Below, piece by piece: positions 29,638 through 40,072 of a stretch of 64,000 nt of DNA. The stretch covers positions 96,001 to 160,000 of the forward strand of contig CAWDKY010000030.1 of assembly GCA_963802945.1 (NCBI GenBank). Reading direction: 5' to 3'. The notes beneath the pieces are model-generated. The model had not been told where the DNA came from and did not search any database. It worked only from the letters and a program-made list of their open reading frames with translations. The position numbers and the translations under genes are program-made. The DNA is from an uncultured delta proteobacterium. Lineage in GTDB: Bacteria > Desulfobacterota > RBG-13-43-22. Each line of letters begins with the position of its first letter. Positions within the stretch are counted from its first letter, which is position 1.

Positions 29638-31104
29638 TCAAGAATCAACCCCCGGTTCAGCCCCTGACTCGGCCAGGGGTTGAGTCAGGATTTGTTTTAA
29701 AAGCTGCCAATCCTCCCGAATAACTAGGCGAAAGAGGACAAGCCCTAATCCATAAGCCAAAAAAGCTGTGACCCAGATCACAGCCGACGGATAGCTCTTC
29801 AGCCCCCAAAGGGAAAGGCCCATCAATCCTCCGCTTACTCCCAGCTTCAGAGTAAACCTCAAAAGGGGAAGGTGCAGAAAGAAATGTTGTAGGAATTCCA
29901 AGAAGCAAATCGAGAGCAATATCTCAGTGGCTACTGTGGTCCAACTGGCCCCCAGATATCCATATCCGGGCAAAACGATGATATTGATGACGACGTTAAA
30001 AATTAGGGCCAATCCACTTCCCCAGGTAATTATCTTCCCCTGATTGAGGACAATCAAGGTGTTGATTAAAACATAATTAATAAAAATAAACGGTACGGCC
30101 AAAATCAGAATTTTCAAGGATGGGGTCGAATTGGCAAAGGTCGGGCCGAAGAAAAAAAGCACTAAGAAATCGGACAAGAAGAAGGTGGTCAGAACCAAAG
30201 GGATAGAGACCATAGTAAGATAAATCAGGGCTTTTTGATAACTCCTTTTAAAAGCTTCTCGATCTTTAAAAGTCAAAACAGAAAAAATGGGAAACAGACC
30301 CGCCATAATTAAAAAGGGAAATAAGGAAAATATTTCAACGATCTTTACCGGGATGGAATACCACCCTATTTCAGACGGAGAGAACCCGAACAAGGACAGC
30401 ATGACTATGTCGATTCTGGCATAAACCGTTATAAAGAGACTTGACAACCCGATAGGCCAGGCCGAACGAAGGATTTGTTTCCACAAATCTGTTTCATGAT
30501 AGAGTACCAGCGGAGTGATCTTTGTCCTGATAATCCATCCGGACAAAAAGCAACTGATGCCGTAAGCGCCGACCAGGGTCAACAGAAGCCCCCACAAACC
30601 ATACCCCAGCCAAAGAAAAATGATCGGGATGGCTACGACCAGGCACTTAGACAATCCTCTGATCAAAAGCTCATATTCCATCTTTTCCAGGCTGTTGGTC
30701 AGGGCAACGAAAAACTCTATCAGATAAATCATCTGCATATAAACCATACTGAGGAGAATCATTAAAATGATTTCTCTCGAGTATCCCAGAAGAAAGAGGA
30801 TGCCGGGAGCTATCAGGAGTAAACCGATGGAAAACATTATTTTGATAAAAAAGATATTGCCGGCATAGCGGCCCAGGAGATGATGATCTCGTGAAACGTC
30901 GCGGATCAGGACCGTGTTCAACCCTAAATCGGAAAAGATCGTCATCAATCCGGCGAAAAAAAAGGCCAGAGAGTATTGCCCGAAGTCCCGATCTCCCAAA
31001 AAACGAGCGGCCACGATGATAAAAAGAAAAGCCAAGGAACGAATCAAGGCTTCCGAGATGAATTTAATAACGATGTTCTTTCGAGCCCTTTGGAAGATAT
31101 TCAT
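29638..31104 (-). CDS. wzx: Polysaccharide flippase (Wzx/MOP family)
   Basis: Many TM helices, ARFLG..FG.YS..DLGL, YARIDIVML; within GT cluster. Confidence 0.85.
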   Translation of the reverse strand: MNIFQRARKNIVIKFISEALIRSLAFLFIIVAARFLGDRDFGQYSLAFFFAGLMTIFSDLGLNTVLIRDVSRDHHLLGRYAGNIFFIKIMFSIGLLLIAPGILFLLGYSREIILMILLSMVYMQMIYLIEFFVALTNSLEKMEYELLIRGLSKCLVVAIPIIFLWLGYGLWGLLLTLVGAYGISCFLSGWIIRTKITPLVLYHETDLWKQILRSAWPIGLSSLFITVYARIDIVMLSLFGFSPSEIGWYSIPVKIVEIFSLFPFLIMAGLFPIFSVLTFKDREAFKRSYQKALIYLTMVSIPLVLTTFFLSDFLVLFFFGPTFANSTPSLKILILAVPFIFINYVLINTLIVLNQGKIITWGSGLALIFNVVINIIVLPGYGYLGASWTTVATEILLSICFLEFLQHFFLHLPLLRFTLKLGVSGGLMGLSLWGLKSYPSAVIWVTAFLAYGLGLVLFRLVIREDWQLLKQILTQPLAESGAEPGVDS

Positions 31105-31141
31105 AATTGGAAATAATCATCAAGGGGATTTATTGAGCGGA

Positions 31142-31281
31142 TCATTTTTTACACAGGCTGACCAAAAATGTCCAGATGCAAGGCGCCCGAAATTCCGAGG
31201 AATGAGACGTACATAGAAGTACGTTGAAATGATGAGGAATGAGGGCAACACCGCAGATGGGCATTTTTCATCAGCCTGTTT
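31142..31281. repeat. MITE/REP-like structured repeat, copy 2
   Basis: IRs acaggctgaccaaaaatgtcca / tgggcatttttcatcagcctgt; core homologous to 3960-4151. Confidence 0.85.
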
Positions 31282-32872
31282 ACAAAAGATCCTGGTTAAT
31301 GCTTACCTTGGCCTTATCCCGCAGCCAGCGGCTCCATTGTTCGAAGATGGCCGCTTTTTTTTGTTGTTGGAGGGCTTGGGAAAAACGTTCCTCATCTTTT
31401 TTAAAATCTTCCATAGAGGCCGGACGGGATTCTTTAAAAACAACGACCACATAATCAGCCCCTAATTTAAAAGGTTTTTCAATGACCGGACTGGAAGGCC
31501 CGATGGAAAACAATATCTCTTGTACTTCGGGAGTATCCGCCCAGGAAGGATGATTCTTTGCCCGGGAGAAAAAACCCGTCTCTTCCAGCTTTCGATTCCT
31601 TTCCTTGGCTATCAACTGAATGTCCTTCTTCTGGCGGAGTTCTTTTAAAAAGGTCTCGGCCTCTGACAGGGCCTTTTGGGCGGCTTTTTCGTTTAATAAA
31701 TCCTCTTTGACTCGGGATTCAGCCTGGCTTAAAGTCATCAGTTGAGATTCCTTGCGATCCGTCACTTGAAGGATGACAAAGCCCCACTCGTCACTTAAGT
31801 CCACAACCGGAGCCAATTCCCCTTTTTTTAAAGAGAAGGCCTTTTGATTAAATTCTTTGACGCCCTCAATCCCGGATAGTTTTACTCCGTAGGTCATCCA
31901 ATCTGTCTCCTTGATCGGAACCTTGAATTCCCTCCCGAAAACTTTCAGGTTGCCTTTAGTAAGGACTTGATCGTAAACCTCTTCGGCCTTTTGGCGGGCC
32001 AGTTCACGGGTCTTATCTGATTTCAAAACGGTCCGTATTTTATCCTGAACCTTTTCCACAGGCAGAGGTTTATTGGTCTTTGTATCGAGAAATTTTTGCT
32101 GGTTTTGTTGATAATATTCCTGAACCTCTTTGTCAGTCACCGTCACCTTGGAATCAAAATCTTTCGGGTTGGTATCCAGATAAGCCATCCGAACCTGAAC
32201 CGGTGTTCGATATCGGGACTGATTCTGGTTAAAATAGGTTTTTAATTGTTCCTGGGTAATAACGATCTGATTCTTATAGTCCTCCTTTTTAAAAGGCAAA
32301 AAGTAGGCATTAACTTCATCGTTCAGGAAGGAATAAAAATAGCGGATCTCTTCCGGTTCGATCTTGACAAAATCAGTTAAGAAAGTGTTGACCCGTTCCA
32401 GAAGCATGGCCGTTTTTTGTTCGGCCTCAAACATTTCGGGAGTCATACGCTTCATCTGCAGCATTCTTTTATATTTAAAAAGACTAAATTTGCCGTTTTC
32501 CTGAAAATACGGCATCTGTTGTATGGTTCGGGCCAGTTCATCCGAAGTCACCGAAAACCCCAAAGCCTTTCCCGTCTCCAGAATAAGCCTTTTTTCTATC
32601 AGGCCTTCCAGAACTTTTTTCTTGAATTCCGGGGAATACATGGTCTTTTCATCTAAGGATTGGCCATAAACATCTTTGATCCTATCCAGGGTCTCTCGAT
32701 AAACTTGTTGATATTCATTAACCGAGATGGTTTTCCCGTTAACCTTGGCCACCTGTGAGGCCTTTTCGTTGCGAAAACTGCCGATCCCCCATAAAGAAAA
32801 AACGATAACAATGGCACCAAGGGCCAACTTGATGATCCAAGATTGGGCATGTTTCCGCATCAGACTTAACAT
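31280..32872 (-). CDS. ppiD: PpiD/SurA-N domain periplasmic chaperone
   Basis: MLSLMRKHAQSWIIK..TM..VAKVNGKTI, typical PpiD N-terminus. Confidence 0.8.
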   Translation of the reverse strand: MLSLMRKHAQSWIIKLALGAIVIVFSLWGIGSFRNEKASQVAKVNGKTISVNEYQQVYRETLDRIKDVYGQSLDEKTMYSPEFKKKVLEGLIEKRLILETGKALGFSVTSDELARTIQQMPYFQENGKFSLFKYKRMLQMKRMTPEMFEAEQKTAMLLERVNTFLTDFVKIEPEEIRYFYSFLNDEVNAYFLPFKKEDYKNQIVITQEQLKTYFNQNQSRYRTPVQVRMAYLDTNPKDFDSKVTVTDKEVQEYYQQNQQKFLDTKTNKPLPVEKVQDKIRTVLKSDKTRELARQKAEEVYDQVLTKGNLKVFGREFKVPIKETDWMTYGVKLSGIEGVKEFNQKAFSLKKGELAPVVDLSDEWGFVILQVTDRKESQLMTLSQAESRVKEDLLNEKAAQKALSEAETFLKELRQKKDIQLIAKERNRKLEETGFFSRAKNHPSWADTPEVQEILFSIGPSSPVIEKPFKLGADYVVVVFKESRPASMEDFKKDEERFSQALQQQKKAAIFEQWSRWLRDKAKVSINQDLL

Positions 32873-32954
32873 GGCTTAAACCTCTCTAAAATCGTTGTAG
32901 TTCAAAGGGTCAATCCCAATAAAGGCGGAATTTTAATTTTTGATCCCTTTAATA

Positions 32955-33140
32955 TTGATGAACTCGTAAAAAGTTATTAAATCGGACGGCTCAGTAAAAA
33001 GCTCCAGAAACAAGGCGCGCAAACCCTGAGGAATGAGGGCAATCCCGCTGTTGGCGGGATTGATAGGCCTTTTTGTTCGCCCTGCATCTCGTCTCACTCC
33101 CACCCCTTCGGGGCAGTACCCGGCTTCAGCAACCTGTTAA
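32955..33140. repeat. MITE/REP-like structured repeat, copy 3 (mosaic)
   Basis: tccagaaacaaggcgcgc..ctgaggaatgagggcaatcccgctgttggcgggat..ggcctttttg..ttcagcaacctgttaa. Confidence 0.7.
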
Positions 33141-33979
33141 TATTCCTTGGGTAGGGTATTCAGCTTGGCCAGGGTAAAGACCGGGCCGTCTTTGCAGACG
33201 AATTCCGGGCCCACACTGCACCGACCGCACATCCCGATACCGCATTTCATCCGGTTTTCGAGACTCATGATAATCCGCTCGGCCGGAAACCCCAGTTTTT
33301 CCAGAGCCGGCTGGGTAAATTTAATCATAATCGGCGGCCCGCAGACCAAGGCGTAAGCATTTTCGGCACTCGGGGCCTTCTTTTCAGTAATGGCCGGCAC
33401 AAAGCCGATATTATATTTCCAATCCGGGTCATCGGTCCCGTCAACGGTAATATGGACCTTGATATCGTCCCTGGCTGCCTGGGAAGCCAGCTCATCTTTG
33501 TAAAGCAGCATACCGGGAGTACGGGCCCCATAGATAACCGTAATATCCTTGAATCGGCTGCGATTGGCCGGATCGAGAAGATAAACGATCGTTGACCGAA
33601 GGGTGGTAAAGGCAAAACCCCCGGCCACGATAACGATATTCTTTCCTTCCATCTGGTCCAGCGGGTACCAGTTGCCCATTGGCCCCCGGACCCCCATAAT
33701 ATCGCCTTCTTTCATGTTGTGTAAGAAAGTGGTTACCAAGCCCACCTTGTTTACCGTAAACAAGAGAAATCCCTTTTCAGTCGGCGAGGAGGCGATACCA
33801 ATGGGGATTTCCCCCTTCCCGGCAATGGAAAGTTCGGCAAACTGTCCCGGATGGTAAGAGAATTTATTTTCATCTTCCGGATTAAGAAATACAAACTTAA
33901 ATGTTTTTAGATTTCTGTCTTCGGTTTCGGTAATGATCCGGTCTATGCGGACCGGATAAGGCAGATACGGATTTCCCAC
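33137..33979 (-). CDS. FAD/NAD(P)-binding 2Fe-2S subunit (FlxA/HdrF-like)
   Basis: PGQF, GPMGN, VAGG, CGPPIM, CGIGMCGRC..VCKDGPVF. Confidence 0.9.
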   Translation of the reverse strand: MGNPYLPYPVRIDRIITETEDRNLKTFKFVFLNPEDENKFSYHPGQFAELSIAGKGEIPIGIASSPTEKGFLLFTVNKVGLVTTFLHNMKEGDIMGVRGPMGNWYPLDQMEGKNIVIVAGGFAFTTLRSTIVYLLDPANRSRFKDITVIYGARTPGMLLYKDELASQAARDDIKVHITVDGTDDPDWKYNIGFVPAITEKKAPSAENAYALVCGPPIMIKFTQPALEKLGFPAERIIMSLENRMKCGIGMCGRCSVGPEFVCKDGPVFTLAKLNTLPKEY

Positions 33980-34064
33980 AACTACACCCCCTCTATCAAA
34001 AACAAACTCTTAAATCTATGAAGATATCTCTATTGTAGTGTAACAGTACTTGCTTTAAAGGATT

Positions 34065-34152
34065 GTCATTCCGGACCCCGTATCAAGTGCGGGGCAGGCC
34101 CGATCCGGAATCCAGCATGTTAGACCTGGATTCCTGCTTTCGCAGGAATGAT
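34065..34152. repeat. REP-like palindromic element
   Basis: gtcattccgga..tccggaatccag..ctggattcctgctttcgcaggaatga, nested inverted repeats. Confidence 0.7.
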
Positions 34153-34228
34153 AAATTAAGGCTATTGTAAACATGTTATTGAGACACAAAACCAATTTTT
34201 ATATAATTTAAATTTTCGTTAGGTTTGG

Positions 34229-35270
34229 TCAGGCCTGGTAATCATTCATCAGTTGACCAACGCGCCGGATATCGATATTAACTGGGCAAAATTGCACACA
34301 TCGTCCGCATCCTACGCAGGCCACACCGTTTCCATATTTATCAACATAATATTTAAGTTTATGCATGAATCGCTGCCTGACCCGCTGGATTTTTTCCCCT
34401 CTCGGGTTATGACCCGAACCATGCAGGGTGAACAGCGGATACATACAGGAATCCCAGTTGCGCATCCTGATCCCTTCCGTCCCCTGGACCTCATCCTGGA
34501 TATCAAAACACCAACAGGTCGGGCACAAATAGGTGCAGGTTCCGCAATTGATGCAGGCGAACTGGACCTCATCCCAGAACGGGGCGTTGAATAAATCTAA
34601 TAGCCCTCGATCCTTTAAGTGATCGGTCGGCACCTTCGAGGTTATGGCCGCCTCAGCCTGTTGTTGAATTTTGGTGGCCTGGTTCCGGTCTTCCTCGGAA
34701 GCGGATTTTCCCGGAGAAGTTTTCAACAGCCCTTCCCCTTTCTCCGTACAAGACCGGATCAAATAGTTTTCCCCCAGATCAGTCATCAGGAGATCCAACC
34801 CGGCGGTATCAAAAGGACCGCCACCCACCGAGGAACAAAAGCAGGTCGAGCAAGGATGGTTGCATCCCAGCCCCATAAGCATCAAACGCTCCCGACCTTG
34901 CTGCCACCAGGGGTCCTGGTAATCGGTCATAACAAAATTTTTCCTGACCAGATCATAAGCCCGGGCATCGCAGGGACGAATTCCTGCCAAGAGTCGGAGA
35001 TTTTCTTTTTTCGGAATTCTCTTTTAAGATGTGGGCCTCAGGGTCTTCAGGGTTCAGAGTGAACTTAAACATTCGTTCCGAGGCTGGTTGTACCAGGCCC
35101 TTGGGAGAAAGCCTCGTATTCTGAAAAGAAAAATCAGGTTTGGTTCCCTCCGTCAGAGGGGCAAAGTTGACCTGATCCCCTTCAGCCGCCGGCCCAAGCA
35201 ACTCAAAAGATTTTTTAAGTTCCTCCAGCCAGTCATTCCATTCTTTTTTGGAGATAACTTTTTCGATCAT
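34229..35270 (-). CDS. 4Fe-4S dicluster subunit (FlxB/HdrE/AsrA-like), frameshift near 35000
   Basis: GIRPCD, CSTCFC, CINCGTCTYLCPTCWC, CVGCGRCVQFCP across two ORFs. Confidence 0.85.
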
Positions 35271-35283
35271 AAACGATCCTTTT

Positions 35284-35372
35284 TAGCTCTCAGCAATCGG
35301 CTTTCAGCAGTCAGTTTCCAGCTTTCGACTTTCGAGCAGTGGCTGAAGGCTAAGGCTGTCAGCTATAAGCTA
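35284..35372. repeat. 7-mer tandem repeat hairpin (CTTTCAG / CTGAAGG-like)
   Basis: ctctcag caatcgg ctttcag cagtcag tttccag ctttcga ... ctgaagg ctaagg ctgtcag ctataag. Confidence 0.7.
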
Positions 35373-36320
35373 CTTTATAAACCCTTCCGGGTCATCGGGC
35401 CGAAAGACATCCAAAGGAGGTCTCCCTTCCAAAACCATCCCGGCTTCAAAGTGATAAAGGTCCAGGATGTCTTTTTCTAATTTCTTGGTGAACTGACGGA
35501 CCTTGATTCCCACCGGGCAGGCCCGTTCACAGGCCCCGCAATCGGTACAGCGGCCGGCGCAGTGAAAGGCCCTGAGAAAATGAAAGGTCCGCACATCCGT
35601 GGGATCCAGACTTTTTCCCATCCACTGAGGACGTGATTCGTCGACAAAACAGGTCGGGCAATAACACAAGGGACAGGCATTTCGACAGGCATAACACCGA
35701 ATACAAGGCCGGATCAATTCTTCAAAATATTGCCAGCGGGCCTCGGCATCCACAACATCCACAGCCCGAACGTCTTCATAGCGATCCACCCCTTCTTGCT
35801 CCTTCACTAACTCCCCTGCCAACTCGTCGTAGAGAACGGGGTTGCGGTGAATACAAATGGCGCAATTGTCCTGTAGAAGATCGGCTTTTTTAAACGAATC
35901 TTTAAAATTTTTCCCTTCCACTTGGATCTGATCACCTGTTTCCTCGACCAGCATAGGTTCTTTTCCCCCTAGCCTGGCCCAGACCTTTTGCCGGTCCACC
36001 ATTCCCCGGCAAGGGACACCGATGATGCGGAGTTGTTCCCTCTTGATCTGTCCTTCCTGCAAATGGATGATGATATTTCGGGAATCGCAACCTTTGGCGA
36101 CAATGGCCAACCGCTCCTTCCGTTTGGGTAAATAATTGGCTAGATTAACGCCGCAAAAAGAATCCCAGTAAAGTTGACCAGCCCTGCCTGCCTCTCGGAC
36201 TAATATGGGCTCATTCATCATGGGAATAGTTCCTTGCCGAAAGCCGATGACGGCATCAACCTTTTTTTCGGCAAGCAACCTTCCGGCCATCTCTTGTATT
36301 TTTTTGGTGTATTCCTGCAT
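35370..36320 (-). CDS. 4Fe-4S subunit (FlxC-like, FrhB/FdhB-related)
   Basis: KGCD, CIRCYACRNACPLCYC, CTDCGACERACP. Confidence 0.85.
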   Translation of the reverse strand: MQEYTKKIQEMAGRLLAEKKVDAVIGFRQGTIPMMNEPILVREAGRAGQLYWDSFCGVNLANYLPKRKERLAIVAKGCDSRNIIIHLQEGQIKREQLRIIGVPCRGMVDRQKVWARLGGKEPMLVEETGDQIQVEGKNFKDSFKKADLLQDNCAICIHRNPVLYDELAGELVKEQEGVDRYEDVRAVDVVDAEARWQYFEELIRPCIRCYACRNACPLCYCPTCFVDESRPQWMGKSLDPTDVRTFHFLRAFHCAGRCTDCGACERACPVGIKVRQFTKKLEKDILDLYHFEAGMVLEGRPPLDVFRPDDPEGFIK

Positions 36321-36755
36321 CTAAGCTACCTCAGGCATTTGCTTGATATAATGTTTGGCCGGTCCCAGGGCCTTGACCGCCTCGGTAACTTCGGTAACCA
36401 CTTGTTGAAATTTGGTGGCTTCAGCCGAAGAAACCCAGGAAAAATGAAGGCGCCCGGATTCGATCCCCATGTGTTCGAGAAGTCCTTTCATCAGGGCGAA
36501 TTTCCGGCGGGCATAATAATTCCCGGCAATGTAATGGCAGTCTCCCGGATGGCAGCCTGAAATCCAGACCCCGTCAGCACCGCGGCGAAAGGAGGCCAGG
36601 ATGAATTTGGGATCCAACCTTCCGGAACAGGGAATGCGAACTATACGGATATTAGAGGGATATTGTAAGCGACTTACCCCAGCCAGATCCGCCCCCCCAT
36701 AACTGCACCAGTTACACAAAAAAGCGATAATTTTCGGCTCAAACGTTTCGTTCAT
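36321..36755 (-). CDS. mvhD: MvhD/FlxD-type 2Fe-2S subunit
   Basis: FLCNWCSY, PCSGR, GCHPGDCHY, WVSSAE. Confidence 0.92.
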   Translation of the reverse strand: MNETFEPKIIAFLCNWCSYGGADLAGVSRLQYPSNIRIVRIPCSGRLDPKFILASFRRGADGVWISGCHPGDCHYIAGNYYARRKFALMKGLLEHMGIESGRLHFSWVSSAEATKFQQVVTEVTEAVKALGPAKHYIKQMPEVA

Positions 36756-36771
36756 AAGTTTTCCTTCGGAA

Positions 36772-36871
36772 AAAGGTCTATGGTACAAGGTATAAGGTTT
36801 AAGGTGAAAGGCATCAATTATGGAGTTGGGTTTATCTTTTACCTTGAACCTTACACCTTATACCTTGTACC
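36772..36871. repeat. 7-mer tandem repeat hairpin (TAYAAGG / CCTTRTA)
   Basis: tacaagg tataagg tttaagg tgaaagg ... ccttgaa ccttaca ccttata ccttgta. Confidence 0.8.
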
Positions 36872-36875
36872 TTTT

Positions 36876-39800
36876 TTAGGCCGCTTCGATCATGGCAAAG
36901 ATTTGACCCTGATCAAATCCTTTCAGATTAATAGCCCCCGACCGGCAGGAAGCCACACATAGACCGCATCCTTTACATAAGGCCGGATTGATTTCAGCCT
37001 TCCCGGTTCTTTCATTCCAACCTGGTGCTGAATAGGGACAAATTGCAATACACATCCCACATTGACTGCACCAATCCGGGTTGGTCTGGGCCACGGTGCC
37101 GCTTACCTGAATCTTCAATCCGGCTAGCAGGGTAACTGCCCGGGCTACAGCCGCCTGGGCCTGGGCAATGGATTCTTCAATAGGTTTTGGATAATGGGCC
37201 AAGCCAGCCAAAAAAACGCCGTCGGTGGCAAAATCGACCGGCCTCAATTTAGCGTGGGCCTCTACAAAAAAGCCGTCCTCATTCAATGGGACTTTAAATA
37301 ATTGGGCCAGTTCATGGTCCCTGGTTGATACAATGGCTCCGGCCAGGGTCAACAGATCGGCTTCAATCCTGACATCTTGATCCAGGACCTGATCCTTGAC
37401 CGTGATGGTCAGCCCTTTCCCATCGGCCTGCACCTTCGGTTTTTCTTCATGAGAATAGCGGACAAAAAGGACCCCGGCCTCACGGGCCTGTTTATAAAGA
37501 TCCTCCCGTTCCCCGAAGGTCCTCAGGTCTCGGAAGAGGATATAGATATCTCGATCCGGATTTTCTTCCTTCAACTGAAGGGCCGAATGGACCGAATGAG
37601 TACAGCAGACCTTACTGCAATAAGGTCTTTCCGGTTCCCGCGATCCGACACACTGGATGAAAACAATGGAATTCGCCTTCTCGACCAAGGGGTCTTTTCC
37701 GGCCATCTTCTGATCCAACTCCAGATGGGTCAGCACCTTGGGATTTTTTCCGTAAAGATATTCTTCAGGTTTTAATTCCTCGGCCCCAATGGCAATAACC
37801 ACAACGCCGTGTTCCAAGTCTGTGACGGCGGAGGGATCGTCTATTCTTGACAGACGGGTCTTAAACTGGCCTACGAATCCGTCCACCTGGGTTATCTGAT
37901 GCCCGGTGTAAGTTTTGATCCGGGGATGGTCGTCAACCTTTTGCACCAGGCCCTTTAAATATCCCTGAATATCTTCTCCCCTCCAGGTTGTATTCAACTT
38001 GAGGGCTTGTCCTCCCAACTTTGAAGACTTCTCGACCAGATAAGTCTGATAACCTTGTTCGGCCAATTCCAGGGCGGCGGTCATACCGGCTACACCCCCT
38101 CCAACCACCAGGCCGGATTGGGCCACTTCCACCTCCGTTTCCTGCAAAGGTTCTAACAGGGCCGCTTTGGAGATGGCCATACGGATCAGGTCTTTGGCTT
38201 TGACGGTCGCTGCATCTGGATTATTGGCATGGACCCAGGAATTTTGATTGCGGATATTGGCCATTTCAAAGAGGTATTTATTTAAGCCGCTCTCAACCAA
38301 GGTTTCTTGGAAAAGAGGCTCATGGGTCCTGGGTGTGCAGGCGGCCACAACAATCCGGTTCAACCGGTGTTCCCGGACCACCTCTTTCATTTTCTCCTGG
38401 GTGTCCTGCGAACAGGTAAACAGGTTTTCTTCCACATATTCCACATAGGGTAGGGTTTTGGCATAGGCGACCACTTCCGGGACCCTAACCACACCGGCAA
38501 TATTAATGCCGCAGTTGCAAACAAAGACCCCGATCCTGGGACGCTCTCCGGCCACGATACGGGGTTTGGGCACGATCTTTTCCTTGGTCAGGGTGTTTCT
38601 GGCCGAAGAGAGGTTGCGGGCGGCTGCACAAGCCGCGGCGCTGGCCTCCATAACCGATTGAGGGATATCCTTGGGACCGGAAACAACCCCGCAGCCGTAT
38701 ATGCCGGGAACGGAAGTGGCCACCGGCGCAAAGCTATTGCTTTGAATGAAAGAATAATGGTCCAGAGCCAGTCCCAATTGTGTGCTTTGAGCTACGGACT
38801 CCTGTGAAATCTCCAACCCGACCGACAGGACGACCAGATCAAAATCCTCGCTGACCACCTGGCCCTTTTCGGTGACATAAGTGATCCGCAAGTTATCCGT
38901 TCCGGGGACAGGGTTGACCGCGTGGATCCGGGAGCGGACGAAATTCACCCCCTGATCCTTGGCCTTGTTGTAATAGCGTTCAAAGTCCTTGCCGTAGGAA
39001 CGAATATCCATGTAAAAGACGGTGCATTCCAGCTTGTCTTTACTGTGTTCCATGGCAATGGTGGATTCCTTGATGGCATACATGCAACAGACGGCCGAAC
39101 AATAACCGTGGTCGCCATGATTGACATCCCTGGACCCTACACATTGCAGCCAGGCTATCTTTTTAGGCTCCTTTTTGTCGGAAGGACGCACCAAATGGCC
39201 CATGAAAGGCCCTGAGGCCGAGAGGACCCGTTCAAACTCCATGGCCGTGATCACGTTGGGTAATTTGGCGTAGGCATAGGCATCATACTGGGTTGGGTCA
39301 TAGCATTTAAATCCCGAGGCCAGAATGACCGACCCGACCTGCAGGGTCAGGTCCTTCGGCTTATCCTCGAAATTGACGGCCTTGCTGGGGCAAAATTTTT
39401 CGCAGGCCCGGCATTTCCCCTTTTGAAAAAAAATACAATTTTCTTCATCGATAACGTATTTCAAGGGAACGGCCTGGGCATATTTGACATAGGCCGCCTT
39501 ACGCATCCCCAGACCCTCATTATATGCGTCCTTGACTTTTTTGGGACATTTCTCGGCGCATAATCCGCAGGCGATACATTTATTCATATCGATATAGCGG
39601 GGTTTCTGATGTACCTGGACAGTGAAATTTCCCTCTTCCCCGGAAATCGCCGTTACCTCAGATAAAGTGAGTAACTCGATATTGATATGTCGGCCGACCT
39701 CGACCAATTTGGGCGAGATAATTCACATGGCACAATCGTTGGTCGGGAAGGTCTTATCCAACTGGGCCATCCCGCCTCCGATCGAAGGGGATTTTTCAAT

Positions 39801-39923
39801 GAGATAGACATAATATCCCGAATTGGCCAGATCGAGGGCCGCCTGCATCCCGGCAATCCCTCCACCGATCACCATCACCGCTCCAACCTTGTCGCCCTTA
39901 AATTCCTTTTTCTCTGAAGACAT
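36876..39923 (-). CDS. hdrA: Heterodisulfide reductase subunit A-like flavoprotein, 1015 aa, selenocysteine at UGA 39723-39725
   Basis: ORFs 39723-39965 and 36876-39707 are in frame, joined by TGA in [25 protein letters not shown]; two GGGxAG FAD sites, two QCVGSR..CSxVCC motifs, ferredoxin motifs. Confidence 0.92.
39690..39707 (-). promoter_or_regulatory. SECIS-like hairpin
   Basis: UUGGUCG-AGGU-CGGCCGA stem-loop, loop 22 nt downstream of the UGA. Confidence 0.65.
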
Positions 39924-39975
39924 AGGGACTCCTGTTAACTGTTTGTATAGGTAATAATGTGACAAAAAGAATCGT

Positions 39976-40072
39976 TAGATTCAAAGGTCCAAAGTTCATG
40001 AGTCAAGGAAAACCCAAATTTAATACTTTGAACTTTGCACCTTGAATTTTGAACTGTAAGCCTTGTGTCCTT
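39976..40072. repeat. 7-mer tandem repeat hairpin (TTCAAAG / CTTTGAA)
   Basis: ttcaaag gtccaaag ttcatgag tcaagg ... ctttgaa ctttgca ccttgaa ttttgaa ctgtaag. Confidence 0.7.

Noticed and set aside
39723-39965. Separate 80-aa flavoprotein gene or hdrA pseudogene
   Set aside because: It is the in-frame N-terminus of hdrA ending at a Sec UGA.
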